A stretch of 64,000 bases of DNA from the human T2T-CHM13v2.0 reference genome, Homo sapiens (GCF_009914755.1 NC_060948.1), one strand, 5' to 3'; shown: positions 42,912 through 62,792, counted from the first letter of the stretch. A program made the numbers and translations. The notes: generated by a model not told the origin, from the letters alone.

Positions 42912-43481
42912 AGATCCATATTTTTTAAATGAAAAAAAATTTCAAAGGTACTCTGCTTGGTACAATAATCAAATGTATAAACTGAGGAATAAAACATAAC
43001 CATGAAACCTACTTATAACTGCATATGGAAAATACAGAGGATAATTTTTTAAATAACATATTTTGAAAGCCTTAACTAGTAATTTGAAGAGTTGGCATTT
43101 GAAAGGCCAGTATGAATATACCTTCAAAGCAGCAACACAGGTTCCCCATGAGAAAAAGCAAACACAGGGAAAATAAAAACACAAAGGTTCAATCTCTTCT
43201 GACCTTTGAAAGACACAGCACAGACAGTGGTCCTTAGGACGAAGAGCAGGAGACCCCTAATTCCGTCACCATGGCGATAGGGCATAAACATTGCTGGGTG
43301 AGGGCACAATCCACATTGTGAGGTCCAACTGCTGCCAGGAAGACAGTAGTGCTTTTACATAGACCGAAAGGTCATTGAAGGCTCAGAGTTTTGTTTCAAG
43401 AACTGAATCCCAAGCCCACAAGTTATTAGGCTGCGCTTCTTAAAACAAGTTATGAGATGGGAAAAAGGGCACCCACAAACA
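42912..43481. repeat. HSATI-type subunit, unit 18
   Basis: Near-identical to 1787-2356. Confidence 0.75.
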
Positions 43482-45039
43482 TACGTATACATTATGTATA
43501 TAATAATATACAGTATCATTTATATAATATATATAACCTATGTATAATATTGTTTTACATCCGGCATCTTATGTTATATATATTGTATAAAATATAATAA
43601 TTGATAATATATAAGTTTTATATTTATACAATATAACATATAGTATATATTATAATTTATGACATATATAATATATGTTATATATCATATATAGAATATA
43701 TTATACGGTTAATATACGTATTAAATATAAATTATACATTATATATATTATATATAATATATCTGTTATATATAATACCCATCATGCATAATATATATAT
43801 TATGTCTATGTTATATATAGTATAAAACAACATATAATAATATATAATTGTATATATAAAATGCGACATATAATATATATTATATTTTATAACATATGTA
43901 ATATATATTATATATTATATATAATACGTTGTATGTATAATACCTATATTAAATATATATTATATGACTATGTTATTAATTACATGTCACATGTGTTATA
44001 TATTATATATTTTACATAGAATATACCGGTTACATACAATATATACTATGTTACCTATAATGTATAATTTATTACATGTAAAATAAAGAATGCAATATAT
44101 TATGTATAATTTATAATATACAATATGTGGAATGTGATATATGTAACATATAATATATGATATATGATATACAGTATATGATATATAACATACAATATAT
44201 GATTCCTAATATATATGGTATACAATATATATTTTATGATATGTATTCTATATGTTTTATATTCTGTTATATATAAGTAGTTGAAATTACATATAACTGT
44301 ATAATATTTTATGTAAATATGTAATATAATATATATAACTATATAATATATTATATATAACTATATATTATGTTATATATACTTTTATAACATAATTTAC
44401 ATAAAATATCATAATATAATATATATTATATTATTTCATATTACATAATATATATTACATATCAACCAATATAACTAACATACATAATATTATAATATAG
44501 ATTATATTATGTTATATTAAATATCATATATATCATGTATCATATATTCTATAATATATATTACACATTATATAATATGTATGTTGTCTATTATGTGATA
44601 TATATAACTATATATAATTATATTTTTATACATATAACTAGATAAACATGTAATTCTACATATTTTCATTTATAATATGTAGAATTATATAATCATATAT
44701 AATTATTTATATTCTATAAAAAATTTTATCATTATATAAATTATAATATATAAAAATTATAATATGTACTACAAATATATATATATTATATATCATATAT
44801 GATATAGTACCTTTGTTATATTTCATAATACATATAAATGTGTATTATGTTATCTATAATTATATAATTTCATATATAAGATGTATAATATGTATCATAT
44901 ATTATATATGTTATGTAATATATATAGTATATATAAGATGACACAGGATAAATATTATATACTATGACATATAAAATATATGAGGTTATATGTTACATAT
45001 AAGGCATAGCACATAACATTTAATATATATCATATATAA

Positions 45040-45331
<292 letters not shown>

Positions 45332-45901
45332 AGATCCATATTTTTTAAATGAAAAAAAATTTCAAAGGTACTCTGCTTGGTACAATAATCAAATGTATAA
45401 ACTGAGGAATAAAACATAACCATGAAACCTACTTATAACTGCATATGGAAAATACAGAGGATAATTTTTTAAATAACATATTTTGAAAGCCTTAACTAGT
45501 AATTTGAAGAGTTGGCATTTGAAAGGCCAGTATGAATATACCTTCAAAGCAGCAACACAGGTTCCCCATGAGAAAAAGCAAACACAGGGAAAATAAAAAC
45601 ACAAAGGTTCAATCTCTTCTGACCTTTGAAAGACACAGCACAGACAGTGGTCCTTAGGACGAAGAGCAGGAGACCCCTAATTCCGTCACCATGGCGATAG
45701 GGCATAAACATTGCTGGGTGAGGGCACAATCCACATTGTGAGGTCCAACTGCTGCCAGGAAGACAGGAGTGCTTTTACATAGACCGAAAGGTCATTGAAG
45801 GCTCAGAGTTTTGTTTCAAGAACTGAATCCCAAGCCCACACGTTATTAGGCTGCGCTTCTTAAAACAAGTTATGAGATGGGAAAAAGGGCACCCACAAAC
45901 A
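45332..45901. repeat. HSATI-type subunit, unit 19
   Basis: Near-identical to 1787-2356. Confidence 0.75.
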
Positions 45902-47429
45902 TATGTATACATTATGTATATAATAATATACAGTATCATATATATAATATATATAACCTATGTATAATATTGTTTTACATCCTGCATCTTATGTTATATA
46001 TATTGTATAAAATATAATAATTGATAATATATAAGTTTTATAATTATACAATATGACATATAGTATATATTATAATTTATGACATATATAATATATGTTA
46101 TATGTCACATATAGAATATATTATACGGTTAATATACGTATTAAATATAAATTATACATTATATATATTATATATAATATATCTGTTATATATAATACCC
46201 ATTATGCATAATATATATATTATGTCTATGTTATATATAGTATAAAACAACATATAATAATATATAATTGTATATATAAAATGCGACATATAATATATAT
46301 TATATTTTATAACATATGTAATATGTATTATATATAATATGTTGTATGTATAATACCTATATTAAATATATATTATATGACTATGTTATTAATTACATGT
46401 CACATGTGTTATATATTATATATTTTACATAGAATATACCGGTTACATACAATATATACTATGTTATCTATAATGTATAATTTATTACATGTAAAATAAA
46501 GAATGCAATATATTATGTAAAATTTATAATATACAATATGTGGAATGTGATATATATCACATATAATATATGATATATGATATACAGTATATGATATATA
46601 ACATACAATATATGATTCCTAATATATATGGTATACAATATATATTTTATGATATGTATTCTATATGTTTTATATTCTGTTATATTTAACTATTTGAAAT
46701 TATATATAACTGTATAATATTTTATGTAAATATGTAATATAATATATATAACTATATAATATATTATATATAACTATATATTATGTTATATATACTTTTA
46801 TAAAATAATTTACATAAAATATCATAATATAATATATATTATATTATTTCATATTACATAATATATATTACATATCACCCAATATAACTAACATACATAA
46901 TATTATAATATAGATTATATTCTGTTATATTAAATATCATATATATCATGTATCATATATTCTATAATATATATTACACATTATATAATACGTATGTTGT
47001 CTATTATGTGATATATATAACTATATATATAATTATATTTTTATACATATAACTAGATAAACATGTAATTCTACATATTTTCATTTATAATATGTAGAAT
47101 TATATAATCATATATAATTATTTATATTCTATAAAAAATTTTATCATTATATAAATTATAATATATAAAAATTATAATATGTACTACAAATATATATATT
47201 ATATATCATATATGATATAGTACCTTTGTTATATATCATAATACATATAAATGTGTATTATGTTATCTATAATTATATAATTTCATATATAAGATGTATA
47301 ATATGTATCATATATTATATATGTTATGTAATATATATAGTATATATCAGATGACACAGGATAAATATTATATACTATGACATATAAAATATATGAGGTT
47401 ATATGTTACATATAAGGCATAGCACATAA

Positions 47430-47744
<315 letters not shown>

Positions 47745-48314
47745 AGATCCATATTTTTTAAATGAAAAAAAATTTCAAAGGTACTCTGCTTGGTACAATA
47801 ATCAAATGTATAAACTGAGGAATAAAACATAACCATGAAACCTACTTATAACTGCATATGGAAAATACAGAGGATAATTTTTTAAATAACATATTTTGAA
47901 AGCCTTAACTAGTAATTTGAAGAGTTGGCATTTGAAAGGCCAGTATGAATATACCTTCAAAGCAGCAACACAGGTTCCCCATGAGAAAAAGCAAACACAG
48001 GGAAAATAAAAACACAAAGGTTCAATCTCTTCTGACCTTTGAAAGACACAGCACAGACAGTGGTCCTTAGGACGAAGAGCAGGAGACCCCTAATTCCGTC
48101 ACCATGGCGATAGGGCATAAACATTGCTGGGTGAGGGCACAATCCACATTGTGAGGTCCAACTGCTGCCAGGAAGACAGGAGTGCTTTTACATAGACCGA
48201 AAGGTCATTGAAGGCTCAGAGTTTTGTTTCAAGAACTGAATCCCAAGCCCACACGTTATTAGGCTGCGCTTCTTAAAACAAGTTATGAGATGGGAAAAAG
48301 GGCACCCACAAACA
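47745..48314. repeat. HSATI-type subunit, unit 20
   Basis: Near-identical to 1787-2356. Confidence 0.75.
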
Positions 48315-49865
48315 TACGTATACATTATGTATATAATAATATACAGTATCATATATATAATATATATAACCTATGTATAATATTGTTTTACATCCTGCAT
48401 CTTATGTTATATATATTGTATAAAATATAATAATTGATAATATATAAGTTTTATAATTATACAATATGACATATAGTATATATTATAATTTATGACATAT
48501 ATAATATATGTTATATATCATATATAGAATATATTATACGATTAATATACGTATTAAATATAAATTATACATTATATATATTATATATAATATATCTGTT
48601 ATATATAATACCCATTATGCATAATATATATATTATGTCTATGTTATATATAGTATAAAACAACATATAATAATATATAATTGTATATATAAAATGCGAC
48701 ATATAATATATATTATATTTTATAACATATGTAATATGTATTATATATAATACGTTGTATGTATAATACCTATATTAAATATATATTATATGACTATGTT
48801 ATTAATTACATGTCACATGTGTTATATATTATATATTTTACATAGAATATACCGGTTACATACAATATATACTATGTTACCTATAATGTATAATTTATTA
48901 CAAGTAAAATAAAGAATGCAATATATTATGTATAATTTATAATATACCATATGTGGAATGTGATATATATAACATATAATATATGATATATGATATACAG
49001 TATATGATATATAACATACAATATGTGATTCCTAATATATATGGTATACAATATATATTTTATGATATGTATTCTATATGTTTTATATTCTGTTATATAT
49101 AACTATTTGAAATTATATATAACTGTATAATATTTTATGTAAATATGTAATATAATATATACAACTATATAATATATTATATATAACTATATATTATGTT
49201 ATATATACTTTTATAACATAATTTACATAAAATATCATAATATAATATATATTATATTATTTCATATTACATAATATATATTACATATCACCCAATATAA
49301 CTAACATACATAATATTATAATATAGATTATATTGTGTTATATTAAATATCATATATATCATGTATCATATATTCTATAATATATATTACACATTATATA
49401 ATATGTATGTTGTCTATTATGTGATATATATAACTATATATATAATTATATTTTTATACATATAACTAGATAAACATGTAATTCTACATATTTTCATTTA
49501 TAATATGTAGAATTATATAATCATATATAATTATTTATATTCTATAAAAAATTTTATCATTATATAAATTATAATATATAAAAATTATAATATGTACTAC
49601 AAATATATATATTATATATCATATATGATATAGTACCTTTGTTATATATCATAATACATATAAATGTGTATTATGTTATCTATAATTATATAATTTCATA
49701 TATAAGATGTATAATATGTATCATATATTATATATGTTATGTAATATATATAGTATATATCAGATGACACAGGATAAATATTATATACTATGACATATTA
49801 AATATATGAGGTTATATGTTACATATAAGGCATAGCACATAACATGTAATATATATCATATATAA

Positions 49866-50157
49866 TTTTTTTTTAGACAGAATCTTGTCCTGTTGCACAG
49901 GGTGGGGTACAATGGCGCCATCTTTGCTCACTGCAACTTCTGCCTCACTGGTCCAAGCGATTGTCCTCCCTCAGCCTCCCAGGTAGCTGGGACTACACCA
50001 CACTGGGACTACACCAGCTGCCACCATGTCTAGCTAATTTTTTGGATTTTTAGTAGTGACAGCGTTTCACTGTATTGGCCAGGATGGTCTTGATCTCTTC
50101 ACCTTGTGATCCCCTTGCCTTGGCCTCCAAATTTGCTGGGATTACAGGCCTGAGCCA
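49866..50157 (-). mobile_element. Alu, unit 21
   Basis: Near-identical to 1495-1786. Confidence 0.95.
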
Positions 50158-50727
50158 AGATCCATATTTTTTAAATGAAAAAAAATTTCAAAGGTACTCT
50201 GCTTGGTACAATAATCAAATGTATAAACTGAGGAATAAAACATAACCATGAAACCTACTTATAACTGCATATGGAAAATACAGAGGATAATTTTTTAAAT
50301 AACATATTTTGAAAGCCTTAACTAGTAATTTGAAGAGTTGGCATTTGAAAGGCCAGTATGAATATACCTTCAAAGCAGCAACACAGGTTCCCCATGAGAA
50401 AAAGCAAACACAGGGAAAATAAAAACACAAAGGTTCAATCTCTTCTGACCTTTGAAAGACACAGCACAGACAGTGGTCCTTAGGACGAAGAGCAGGAGAC
50501 CCCTAATTCCGTCACCATGGCGATAGGGCATAAACATTGCTGGGTGAGGGCACAATCCACATTGTGAGGTCCAACTGCTGCCAGGAAGACAGGAGTGCTT
50601 TTACATAGACCGAAAGGTCATTGAAGGCTCAGAGTTTTGTTTCAAGAACTGAATCCCAAGCCCACACGTTATTAGGCTGCGCTTCTTAAAACAAGTTATG
50701 AGATGGGAAAAAGGGCACCCACAAACA
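50158..50727. repeat. HSATI-type subunit, unit 21
   Basis: Near-identical to 1787-2356. Confidence 0.75.
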
Positions 50728-52255
50728 TACGTATACATTATGTATATAATAATATACAGTATCATATATATAATATATATAACCTATGTATAATATTGTT
50801 TTACATCCTGCATCTTATGTTATATATATTGTATAAAATATAATAATTGATAATATATAAATTTTATAATTATACAATATGACATATAGTATATATTATA
50901 ATTTATGACATATATAATATATGTTATATATCATATATAGAATATATTATACGGTTAATATACGTATTAAATATAAATTATACATTATATATATTATATA
51001 TAATATATCTGTTATATATAATACCCATTATGCATAATATATATATTATGTCTATGTTATATATACTATAAAACAACATATAATAATATATAATTGTATA
51101 TAGAAAACGCGACATATAATATATATTATATTTTATGACATATGTAATATATATTATATAAAATACGTTGTATGTATAATACCTATATTAAATATATATT
51201 ATATGACTATGTTATTAATTACATGTCACATGTGTTATATATTATATATTTTACATAGAATATACCGGTTACATACAATATATACTATGTTACCTATAAT
51301 GTATAATTTATTACATGTAAAATAAAGAATGCAATATATTATGTAAAATTTATAATATACAATATGTGGAATGTGATATATATAACATATAATATATGAT
51401 ATATGATATACAGTATATGATATATAACATACAATATATGATTCCTAATATATATGGTATACAATATATATTTTATGAGGTGTATTCTATATGTTTTATA
51501 TTCTGTTATATATAACTATTTGAAATTATATATAACTGTATAATATTTTACGTAAATATGTAATATAATATATATAACTATATAATATATTATATATAAC
51601 TATATATTATGTTATATATACTTTTATAACATAATTTACATAAAATATCATAATATAATATATATTATATTATTTCATATTACATAATATATATTACATA
51701 TCACCCAATATAACTAACATACATAATATTATAATATAGATTATATTGTGTCATATTAAATATCATATATATCATGTATCATATATTCTATAATATATAT
51801 TACACATTATATAATATGTATGTTGTCTATTATGTGATATATATAACTATATATATAATTATATTTTTATACATATAACTAGATAAACATGTAATTCTAC
51901 ATATTTTCATTTATAATATGTAGAATTATATAATCATATATAATTATTTATATTCTATAAAAAATTTTATCATTATATAAATTATAATATATAAAAATTA
52001 TAATATGTACTACAAATATATATATTATATATCATATATGATATAGTACCTTTGTTATATATCATAATACATATAAATGTGTATTATGTTATCTATAATT
52101 ATATAATTTCATATATAAGATGTATAATATGTATCATACATTATATATGTTATGTAATATATATAGTATATATAAGATGACACAGGATAAATATTATATA
52201 CTATGACATATAAAATATATGAGGTTATATGTTACATATAAGGCATAGCACATAA

Positions 52256-52570
<315 letters not shown>

Positions 52571-53140
52571 AGATCCATATTTTTTAAATGAAAAAAAATT
52601 TCAAAGGTACTCTGCTTGGTACAATAATCAAATGTATAAACTGAGGAATAAAACATAACCATGAAACCTACTTATAACTGCATATGGAAAATACAGAGGA
52701 TAATTTTTTAAATAACATATTTTGAAAGCCTTAACTAGTAATTTGAAGAGTTGGCATTTGAAAGGCCAGTATGAATATACCTTCAAAGCAGCAACACAGG
52801 TTCCCCATGAGAAAAAGCAAACACAGGGAAAATAAAAACACAAAGGTTCAATCTCTTCTGACCTTTGAAAGACACAGCACAGACAGTGGTCCTTAGGACG
52901 AAGAGCAGGAGACCCCTAATTCCGTCACCATGGCGATAGGGCATAAACATTGCTGGGTGAGGGCACAATCCACATTGTGAGGTCCAACTGCTGCCAGGAA
53001 GACAGGAGTGCTTTTACATAGACCGAAAGGTCATTGAAGGCTCAGAGTTTTGTTTCAAGAACTGAATCCCAAGCCCACACGTTATTAGGCTGCGCTTCTT
53101 AAAACAAGTTATGAGATGGGAAAAAGGGCACCCACAAACA
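52571..53140. repeat. HSATI-type subunit, unit 22
   Basis: Near-identical to 1787-2356. Confidence 0.75.
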
Positions 53141-54668
53141 TACGTATACATTATGTATATAATAATATACAGTATCATATATATAATATATATAACCTAT
53201 GTATAATATTGTTTTACATCCTGCATCCTATGTTATATATATTGTATAAAATATAATAATTGATAATATATAAGTTTTATAATTATACAATATGACATAT
53301 AGTATATATTATAATTTATGACATATATAATATATGTTATATATCATATATAGAATATATTATACGGTTAATATACGTATTAAATATAAATTATACATTA
53401 TATATATTATATATAATATATCTGTTATATATAATACCCATTATGCATAATATATATATTATGTCTATGTTATATATAGTATAAAACAACATATAATAAT
53501 ATATAACTGTATATATAAAATGCGACATATAATATATATTATATTTTATAACATATGTAATATGTATTATATATAATATGTTGTATGTATAATACCTATA
53601 TTAAATATATATTATATGACTATGTTATTAATTACATGTCACATGTGTTATATATTATATATTTTACATAGAATATACCGGTTACATACAATATATACTA
53701 TGTTACCTATAATGTATAATTTATTACATGTAAAATAAAGAATGCAATATATTATGTAAAATTTATAATATACAATATGTGGAATGTGATATATATAACA
53801 TATAATATATGATATATGATATACAGTATATGATATATAACATACAATATATGATTCCTAATATATATGGTATACAATATATATTTTATGATATGTATTC
53901 TATATGTTTTATATTCTGTTATATATAACTATTTGAAATTATATATAACTGTATAATATTTTACGTAAATATGTAATATAATATATATAACTATATAATA
54001 TATTATATATAACTATATATTATGTTATATATACTTTTATAACATAATTTACATAAAATATCATAATATAATATATATTATATTATTTCATATTACATAA
54101 TATATATTACATATCACCCAATATAACTAACATACATAATATTATAATATAGATTATATTGTGTTATATTAAATATCATATATATCATGTATCATATATT
54201 CTATAATATATATTACACATTATATAATATGTATGTTGTCTATTATGTGATATATATAACTATATATATAATTATATTTTTATACATATAACTAGATAAA
54301 CATGTAATTCTACATATTTTCATTTATAATATGTAGAATTATATAATCATATATAATTATTTATATTCTATAAAAAATTTTATCATTATATAAATTATAA
54401 TATATAAAAATTATAATATGTACTACAAATATATATATTATATATCATATATGATATAGTACCTTTGTTATATATCATAATACATATAAATGTGTATTAT
54501 GTTATCTATAATTATATAATTTCATATATAAGATGTATAATATGTATCATATATTATATATGTTATGTAATATATATAGTATATATAAGATGACACAGGA
54601 TAAATATTATATACTATGACATATTAAATATATGAGGTTATATGTTACATATAAGGCATAGCACATAA

Positions 54669-54983
<315 letters not shown>

Positions 54984-55553
54984 AGATCCATATTTTTTAA
55001 ATGAAAAAAAATTTCAAAGGTACTCTGCTTGGTACAATAATCAAATGTATAAACTGAGGAATAAAACATAACCATGAAACCTACTTATAACTGCATATGG
55101 AAAATACAGAGGATAATTTTTTAAATAACATATTTTGAAAGCCTTAACTAGTAATTTGAAGAGTTGGCATTTGAAAGGCCAGTATGAATATACCTTCAAA
55201 GCAGCAACACAGGTTCCCCATGAGAAAAAGCAAACACAGGGAAAATAAAAACACAAAGGTTCAATCTCTTCTGACCTTTGAAAGACACAGCACAGACAGT
55301 GGTCCTTAGGACGAAGAGCAGGAGACCACTAATTCCGTCACCATGGCGATAGGGCATAAACATTGCTGGGTGAGGGCACAATCCGCATTGTGAGGTCCAA
55401 CTGCTGCCAGGAAGACAGGAGTGCTTTTACATATACCGAAAGGTCATTGAAGGCTCAGAGTTTTGTTTCAAGAACTGAATCCCAAGCCCACACGTTATTA
55501 GGCTGCGCTTCTTAAAACAAGTGATGAGATGGGAAAAAGGGCACCCACAAACA
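54984..55553. repeat. HSATI-type subunit, unit 23
   Basis: Near-identical to 1787-2356. Confidence 0.75.
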
Positions 55554-57081
55554 TACGTATACATTATGTATATAATAATATACAGTATCATATATATAAT
55601 ATATATAACCTATGTATAATATTGTTTTACATCCTGCATCTTATGTTATATATATTGTATAAAATATAATAATTGATAATATATAAGTTTTATAATTATA
55701 AAATATGACATATAGTATATATTATAATTTATGACATATATAATATATGTTATATATCATATATAGAATATATTATACGGTTAATATACGTATTAAATAT
55801 AAATTATACATTATATATATTATATATAATATATCTGTTATATATAATACCCATTATGCATAATATATATATTATGTCTATGTTATATATAGTATAAAAC
55901 AACATATAATAATATATAATTGTATATATAAAATGCGACATATAATATATATTATATTTTATAACATATGTAATATATATTATATATAATACGTTGTATG
56001 TATAATACCTATATTAAATATATATTATATGACTATGTTATTAATTACATGTCACATGTGTTATATATTATATATTTTACATAGAATATACCGGTTACAT
56101 ACAATATATACTATGTTACCTATAATGTATAATTTATTACATGTAAAATAAAGAATGCAATATATTATGTAAAATTTATAATATACAATATGTGGAATGT
56201 GATATATATAACATATAATATATGATATATGATATACAGTATATGATATATAACATACAATATATGATTCCTAATATATATCGTATACAATATATATTTT
56301 ATGATATGTATTCTATATGTTTTATATTCTGTTATATTTAACTATTTGAAATTATATATAACTGTATAATATTTTATGTAAATATGTAATATAATATATA
56401 TAACTATATAATATATTATATATAACTATATATTATGTTATATATACTTTTATAACATAATTTACATAAAATATCATAATATAATATATATTATATTATT
56501 TCATATTACATAATATATATTACATATCACCCAATATAACTAACATACATAATATTATAATATAGATTATATTGTGTTATATTAAATATCATATATATCA
56601 TGTATCATATATTCTATAATATATATTACACATTATATAATATGTATGTTGTCTATTATGTGATATATATAACTATATATATAATTATATTTTTATACAT
56701 ATAACTAGATAAACATGTAATTCTACATATTTTCATTTATAATATGTAGAATTATATAATCATATATAATTATTTATATTCTATAAAAAATTTTATCATT
56801 ATATAAATTATAATATATAAAAATTATGATATGTACTACAAATTTATATATTATATATCATATATGATATAGTACCTTTGTTATATATCATAATACATAT
56901 AAATGTGTATTATGTTATCTATAATTATATAATTTCATATATAAGATGTATAATATGTATCATATATTATATATGTTATGTAATATATATAGTATATATA
57001 AGATGACACAGGATAAATATTATATACTATGACATATTAAATATATGAGGTTATATGTTACATATAAGGCATAGCACATAA

Positions 57082-57396
<315 letters not shown>

Positions 57397-57966
57397 AGAT
57401 CCATATTTTTTAAATGAAAAAAAATTTCAAAGGTACTCTGCTTGGTACAATAATCGAATGTATAAACTGAGGAATAAAACATAACCATGAAACCTACTTA
57501 TAACTGCATATGGAAAATACAGAGGATAATTTTTTAAATAACATATTTTGAAAGCCTTAACTAGTAATTTGAAGAGTTGGCATTTGAAAGGCCAGTATGA
57601 ATATACCTTCAAAGCAGCAACACAGGTTCCCCATGAGAAAAAGCAAACACAGGGAAAATAAAAACACAAAGGTTCAATCTCTTCTGACCTTTGAAAGACA
57701 CAGCACAGACAGTGGTCCTTAGGACGAAGAGCAGGAGACCCCTAATTCCGTCACCATGGCGATAGGGCATAAACATTGCTGGGTGAGGGCACAATCCACA
57801 TTGTGAGGTCCAACTGCTGCCAGGAAGACAGGAGTGCTTTTACATAGACCGAAAGGTCATTGAAGGCTCAGAGTTTTGTTTCAAGAACTGAATCCCAAGC
57901 CCACACGTTATTAGGCTGCGCTTCTTAAAACAAGTTATGAGATGGGAAAAAGGGCACCCACAAACA
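57397..57966. repeat. HSATI-type subunit, unit 24
   Basis: Near-identical to 1787-2356. Confidence 0.75.
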
Positions 57967-59494
57967 TACGTATACATTATGTATATAATAATATACAGTA
58001 TCATATATATAATATATATAACCTATGTATAATATTGTTTTACATCCTGCATCTTATGTTATATATATTGTATAAAATATAATAATTGATAATATATAAG
58101 TTTTATAATTATACAATATGACATATAGTATATATTATAATTTATGACATATATAATATATGTTATATATCATATATAGAATATATTATACGGTTAATAT
58201 ACGTATTAAATATAAATTATACATTATATATATTATATATAATATATCTGTTATATATAATACCCATTATGCATAATATATATATTATGTCTATGTTATA
58301 TATAGTATAAAACAACATATAATAATATATAATTGTATATATAAAATGCGACATATAATATATATTATATTTTATAACATATGTAATATATATTATATAT
58401 AATACGTTGTATGTATAATACCTATATTAAATATATATTATATGACTATGTTATTAATTACATGTCACATGTGTTATATATTATATATTTTACATAGAAT
58501 ATACCGGTTACATACAATATATACTATGTTACCTATAATGTATAATTTATTACAAGTAAAATAAAGAATGCAATATATTATGTATAATTTATAATATACC
58601 ATATGTGGAATGTGATATATATAACATATAATATATGATATATGATATACAGTATATGATATATAACATACAATATATGATTCCTAATATATATGGTATA
58701 CAATATATATTTTATGATATGTATTCTATATGTTTTATATTCTGTTATATATAACTATTTGAAATTATATATAACTGTATAATATTTTATGTAAATATGT
58801 AATATAATATATATAACTATATAATATATTATATATAACTATATATTATGTTATATATACTTTTATAACATAATTTACATAAAATATCATAATATAATAT
58901 ATATTATATTATTTCATATTACATAATATATATTACATATCACCTAATATAACTAACATACATAATATTATAATATAGATTATATTGTGTTATATTAAAT
59001 ATCATATATATCATGTATCATATATTCTATAATATATATTACACATTATATAATATGTATGTTGTCTATTATGTGATATATATAACTATATATATAATTA
59101 TATTTTTATACATATAACTAGATAAACATGTAATTCTACATATTTTCATTTATAATATGTAGAATTATATAATCATATATAATTATTTATATTCTATAAA
59201 AAATTTTACCATTATATAAATTATAATATATAAAAATTATAATATGTACTACAAATATATATATTATATATCATATATGATATAGTACCTTTGTTATATA
59301 TCATAATACATATAAATGTGTATTATGTTATCTATAATTATATAATTTCATATATAAGATGTATAATATGTATCATATATTATAGATGTTATGTAATATA
59401 TATAGTATATATCAGATGACACAGGATAAATATTATATACTATGACATATAAAATATATGAGGTTATATGTTACATATAAGGCATAGCACATAA

Positions 59495-59809
<315 letters not shown>

Positions 59810-60379
59810 AGATCCATATTTTTTAAATGAAAAAAAATTTCAAAGGTACTCTGCTTGGTACAATAATCAAATGTATAAACTGAGGAATAAAACATAACCA
59901 TGAAACCTACTTATAACTGCATATGGAAAATACAGAGGATAATTTTTTAAATAACATATTTTGAAAGCCTTAACTAGTAATTTGAAGAGTTGGCATTTGA
60001 AAGGCCAGTATGAATATACCTTCAAAGCAGCAACACAGGTTCCCCATGAGAAAAAGCAAACACAGGGAAAATAAAAACACAAAGGTTCAATCTCTTCTGA
60101 CCTTTGAAAGACACAGCACAGACAGTGGTCCTTAGGACGAAGAGCAGGAGACCCCTAATTCCGTCACCATGGCGATAGGGCATAAACATTGCTGGGTGAG
60201 GGCACAATCCACATTGTGAGGTCCAACTGCTGCCAGGAAGACAGGAGTGCTTTTACATAGACCGAAAGGTCATTGAAGGCTCAGAGTTTTGTTTCAAGAA
60301 CTGAATCCCAAGCCCACACGTTATTAGGCTGCGCTTCTTAAAACAAGTTATGAGATGGGAAAAAGGGCACCCACAAACA
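59810..60379. repeat. HSATI-type subunit, unit 25
   Basis: Near-identical to 1787-2356. Confidence 0.75.
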
Positions 60380-61930
60380 TACGTATACATTATGTATATA
60401 ATAATATACAGTATCATATATATAATATATATAACCTATGTATAATATTGTTTTACATCCTGCATCTTATGTTATATATATTGTATAAAATATAATAATT
60501 GATAATATATAAGTTTTATAATTATACAATATGACATATAGTATATATTATAATTTATGACATATATAATATATGTTATATATCATATATAGAATATATT
60601 ATACGATTAATATACGTATTAAATATAAATTATACATTATATATATTATATATAATATATCTGTTATATATAATACCCATTATGCATAATATATATATTA
60701 TGTCTATGTTATATATAGTATAAAACAACATATAATAATATATAATTGTATATATAAAATGCGACATATAATATATATTATATTTTATAACATATGTAAT
60801 ATGTATTATATATAATACGTTGTATGTATAATACCTATATTAAATATATATTATATGACTATGTTATTAATTACATGTCACATGTGTTATATATTATATA
60901 TTTTACATAGAATATACCGGTTACATACAATATATACTATGTTACCTATAATGTATAATTTATTACAAGTAAAATAAAGAATGCAATATATTATGTATAG
61001 TTTATAATATACCATATGTGGAATGTGATATATATAACATATAATATATGATATATGATATACAGTATATGATATATAACATACAATATGTGATTCCTAA
61101 TATATATGGTATACAATATATATTTTATGATATGTATTCTATATGTTTTATATTCTGTTATATATAACTATTTGAAATTATATATAACTGTATAATATTT
61201 TATGTAAATATGTAATATAATATATACAACTATATAATATATTATATATAACTATATATTATGTTATATATACTTTTATAACATAATTTACATAAAATAT
61301 CATAATATAATATATATTATATTATTTCATATTACATAATATATATTACATATCACCCAATATAACTAACATACATAATATTATAATATAGATTATATTG
61401 TGTTATATTAAATATCATATATATCATGTATCATATATTCTATAATATATATTACACATTATATAATATGTATGTTGTCTATTATGTGATATATATAACT
61501 ATATATATAATTATATTTTTATACATATAACTAGATAAACATGTAATTCTACATATTTTCATTTATAATATGTAGAATTATATAATCATATATAATTATT
61601 TATATTCTATAAAAAATTTTATCATTATATAAATTATAATATATAAAAATTATAATATGTACTACAAATATATATATTATATATCATATATGATATAGTA
61701 CCTTTGTTATATATCATAATACATATAAATGTGTATTATGTTATCTATAATTATATAATTTCATATATAAGATGTATAATATGTATCATATATTATATAT
61801 GTTATGTAATATATATAGTATATATCAGATGACACAGGATAAATATTATATACTATGACATATTAAATATATGAGGTTATATGTTACATATAAGGCATAG
61901 CACATAACATGTAATATATATCATATATAA

Positions 61931-62222
61931 TTTTTTTTTAGACAGAATCTTGTCCTGTTGCACAGGGTGGGGTACAATGGCGCCATCTTTGCTCACTGCA
62001 ACTTCTGCCTCACTGGTCCAAGCGATTGTCCTCCCTCAGCCTCCCAGGTAGCTGGGACTACACCACACTGGGACTACACCAGCTGCCACCATGTCTAGCT
62101 AATTTTTTGGATTTTTAGTAGTGACAGCGTTTCACTGTATTGGCCAGGATGGTCTTGATCTCTTCACCTTGTGATCCCCTTGCCTTGGCCTCCAAATTTG
62201 CTGGGATTACAGGCCTGAGCCA
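61931..62222 (-). mobile_element. Alu, unit 26
   Basis: Near-identical to 1495-1786. Confidence 0.95.
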
Positions 62223-62792
62223 AGATCCATATTTTTTAAATGAAAAAAAATTTCAAAGGTACTCTGCTTGGTACAATAATCAAATGTATAAACTGAGGAA
62301 TAAAACATAACCATGAAACCTACTTATAACTGCATATGGAAAATACAGAGGATAATTTTTTAAATAACATATTTTGAAAGCCTTAACTAGTAATTTGAAG
62401 AGTTGGCATTTGAAAGGCCAGTATGAATATACCTTCAAAGCAGCAACACAGGTTCCCCATGAGAAAAAGCAAACACAGGGAAAATAAAAACACAAAGGTT
62501 CAATCTCTTCTGACCTTTGAAAGACACAGCACAGACAGTGGTCCTTAGGACGAAGAGCAGGAGACCCCTAATTCCGTCACCATGGCGATAGGGCATAAAC
62601 ATTGCTGGGTGAGGGCACAATCCACATTGTGAGGTCCAACTGCTGCCAGGAAGACAGGAGTGCTTTTACATAGACCGAAAGGTCATTGAAGGCTCAGAGT
62701 TTTGTTTCAAGAACTGAATCCCAAGCCCACACGTTATTAGGCTGCGCTTCTTAAAACAAGTTATGAGATGGGAAAAAGGGCACCCACAAACA
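62223..62792. repeat. HSATI-type subunit, unit 26
   Basis: Near-identical to 1787-2356. Confidence 0.75.
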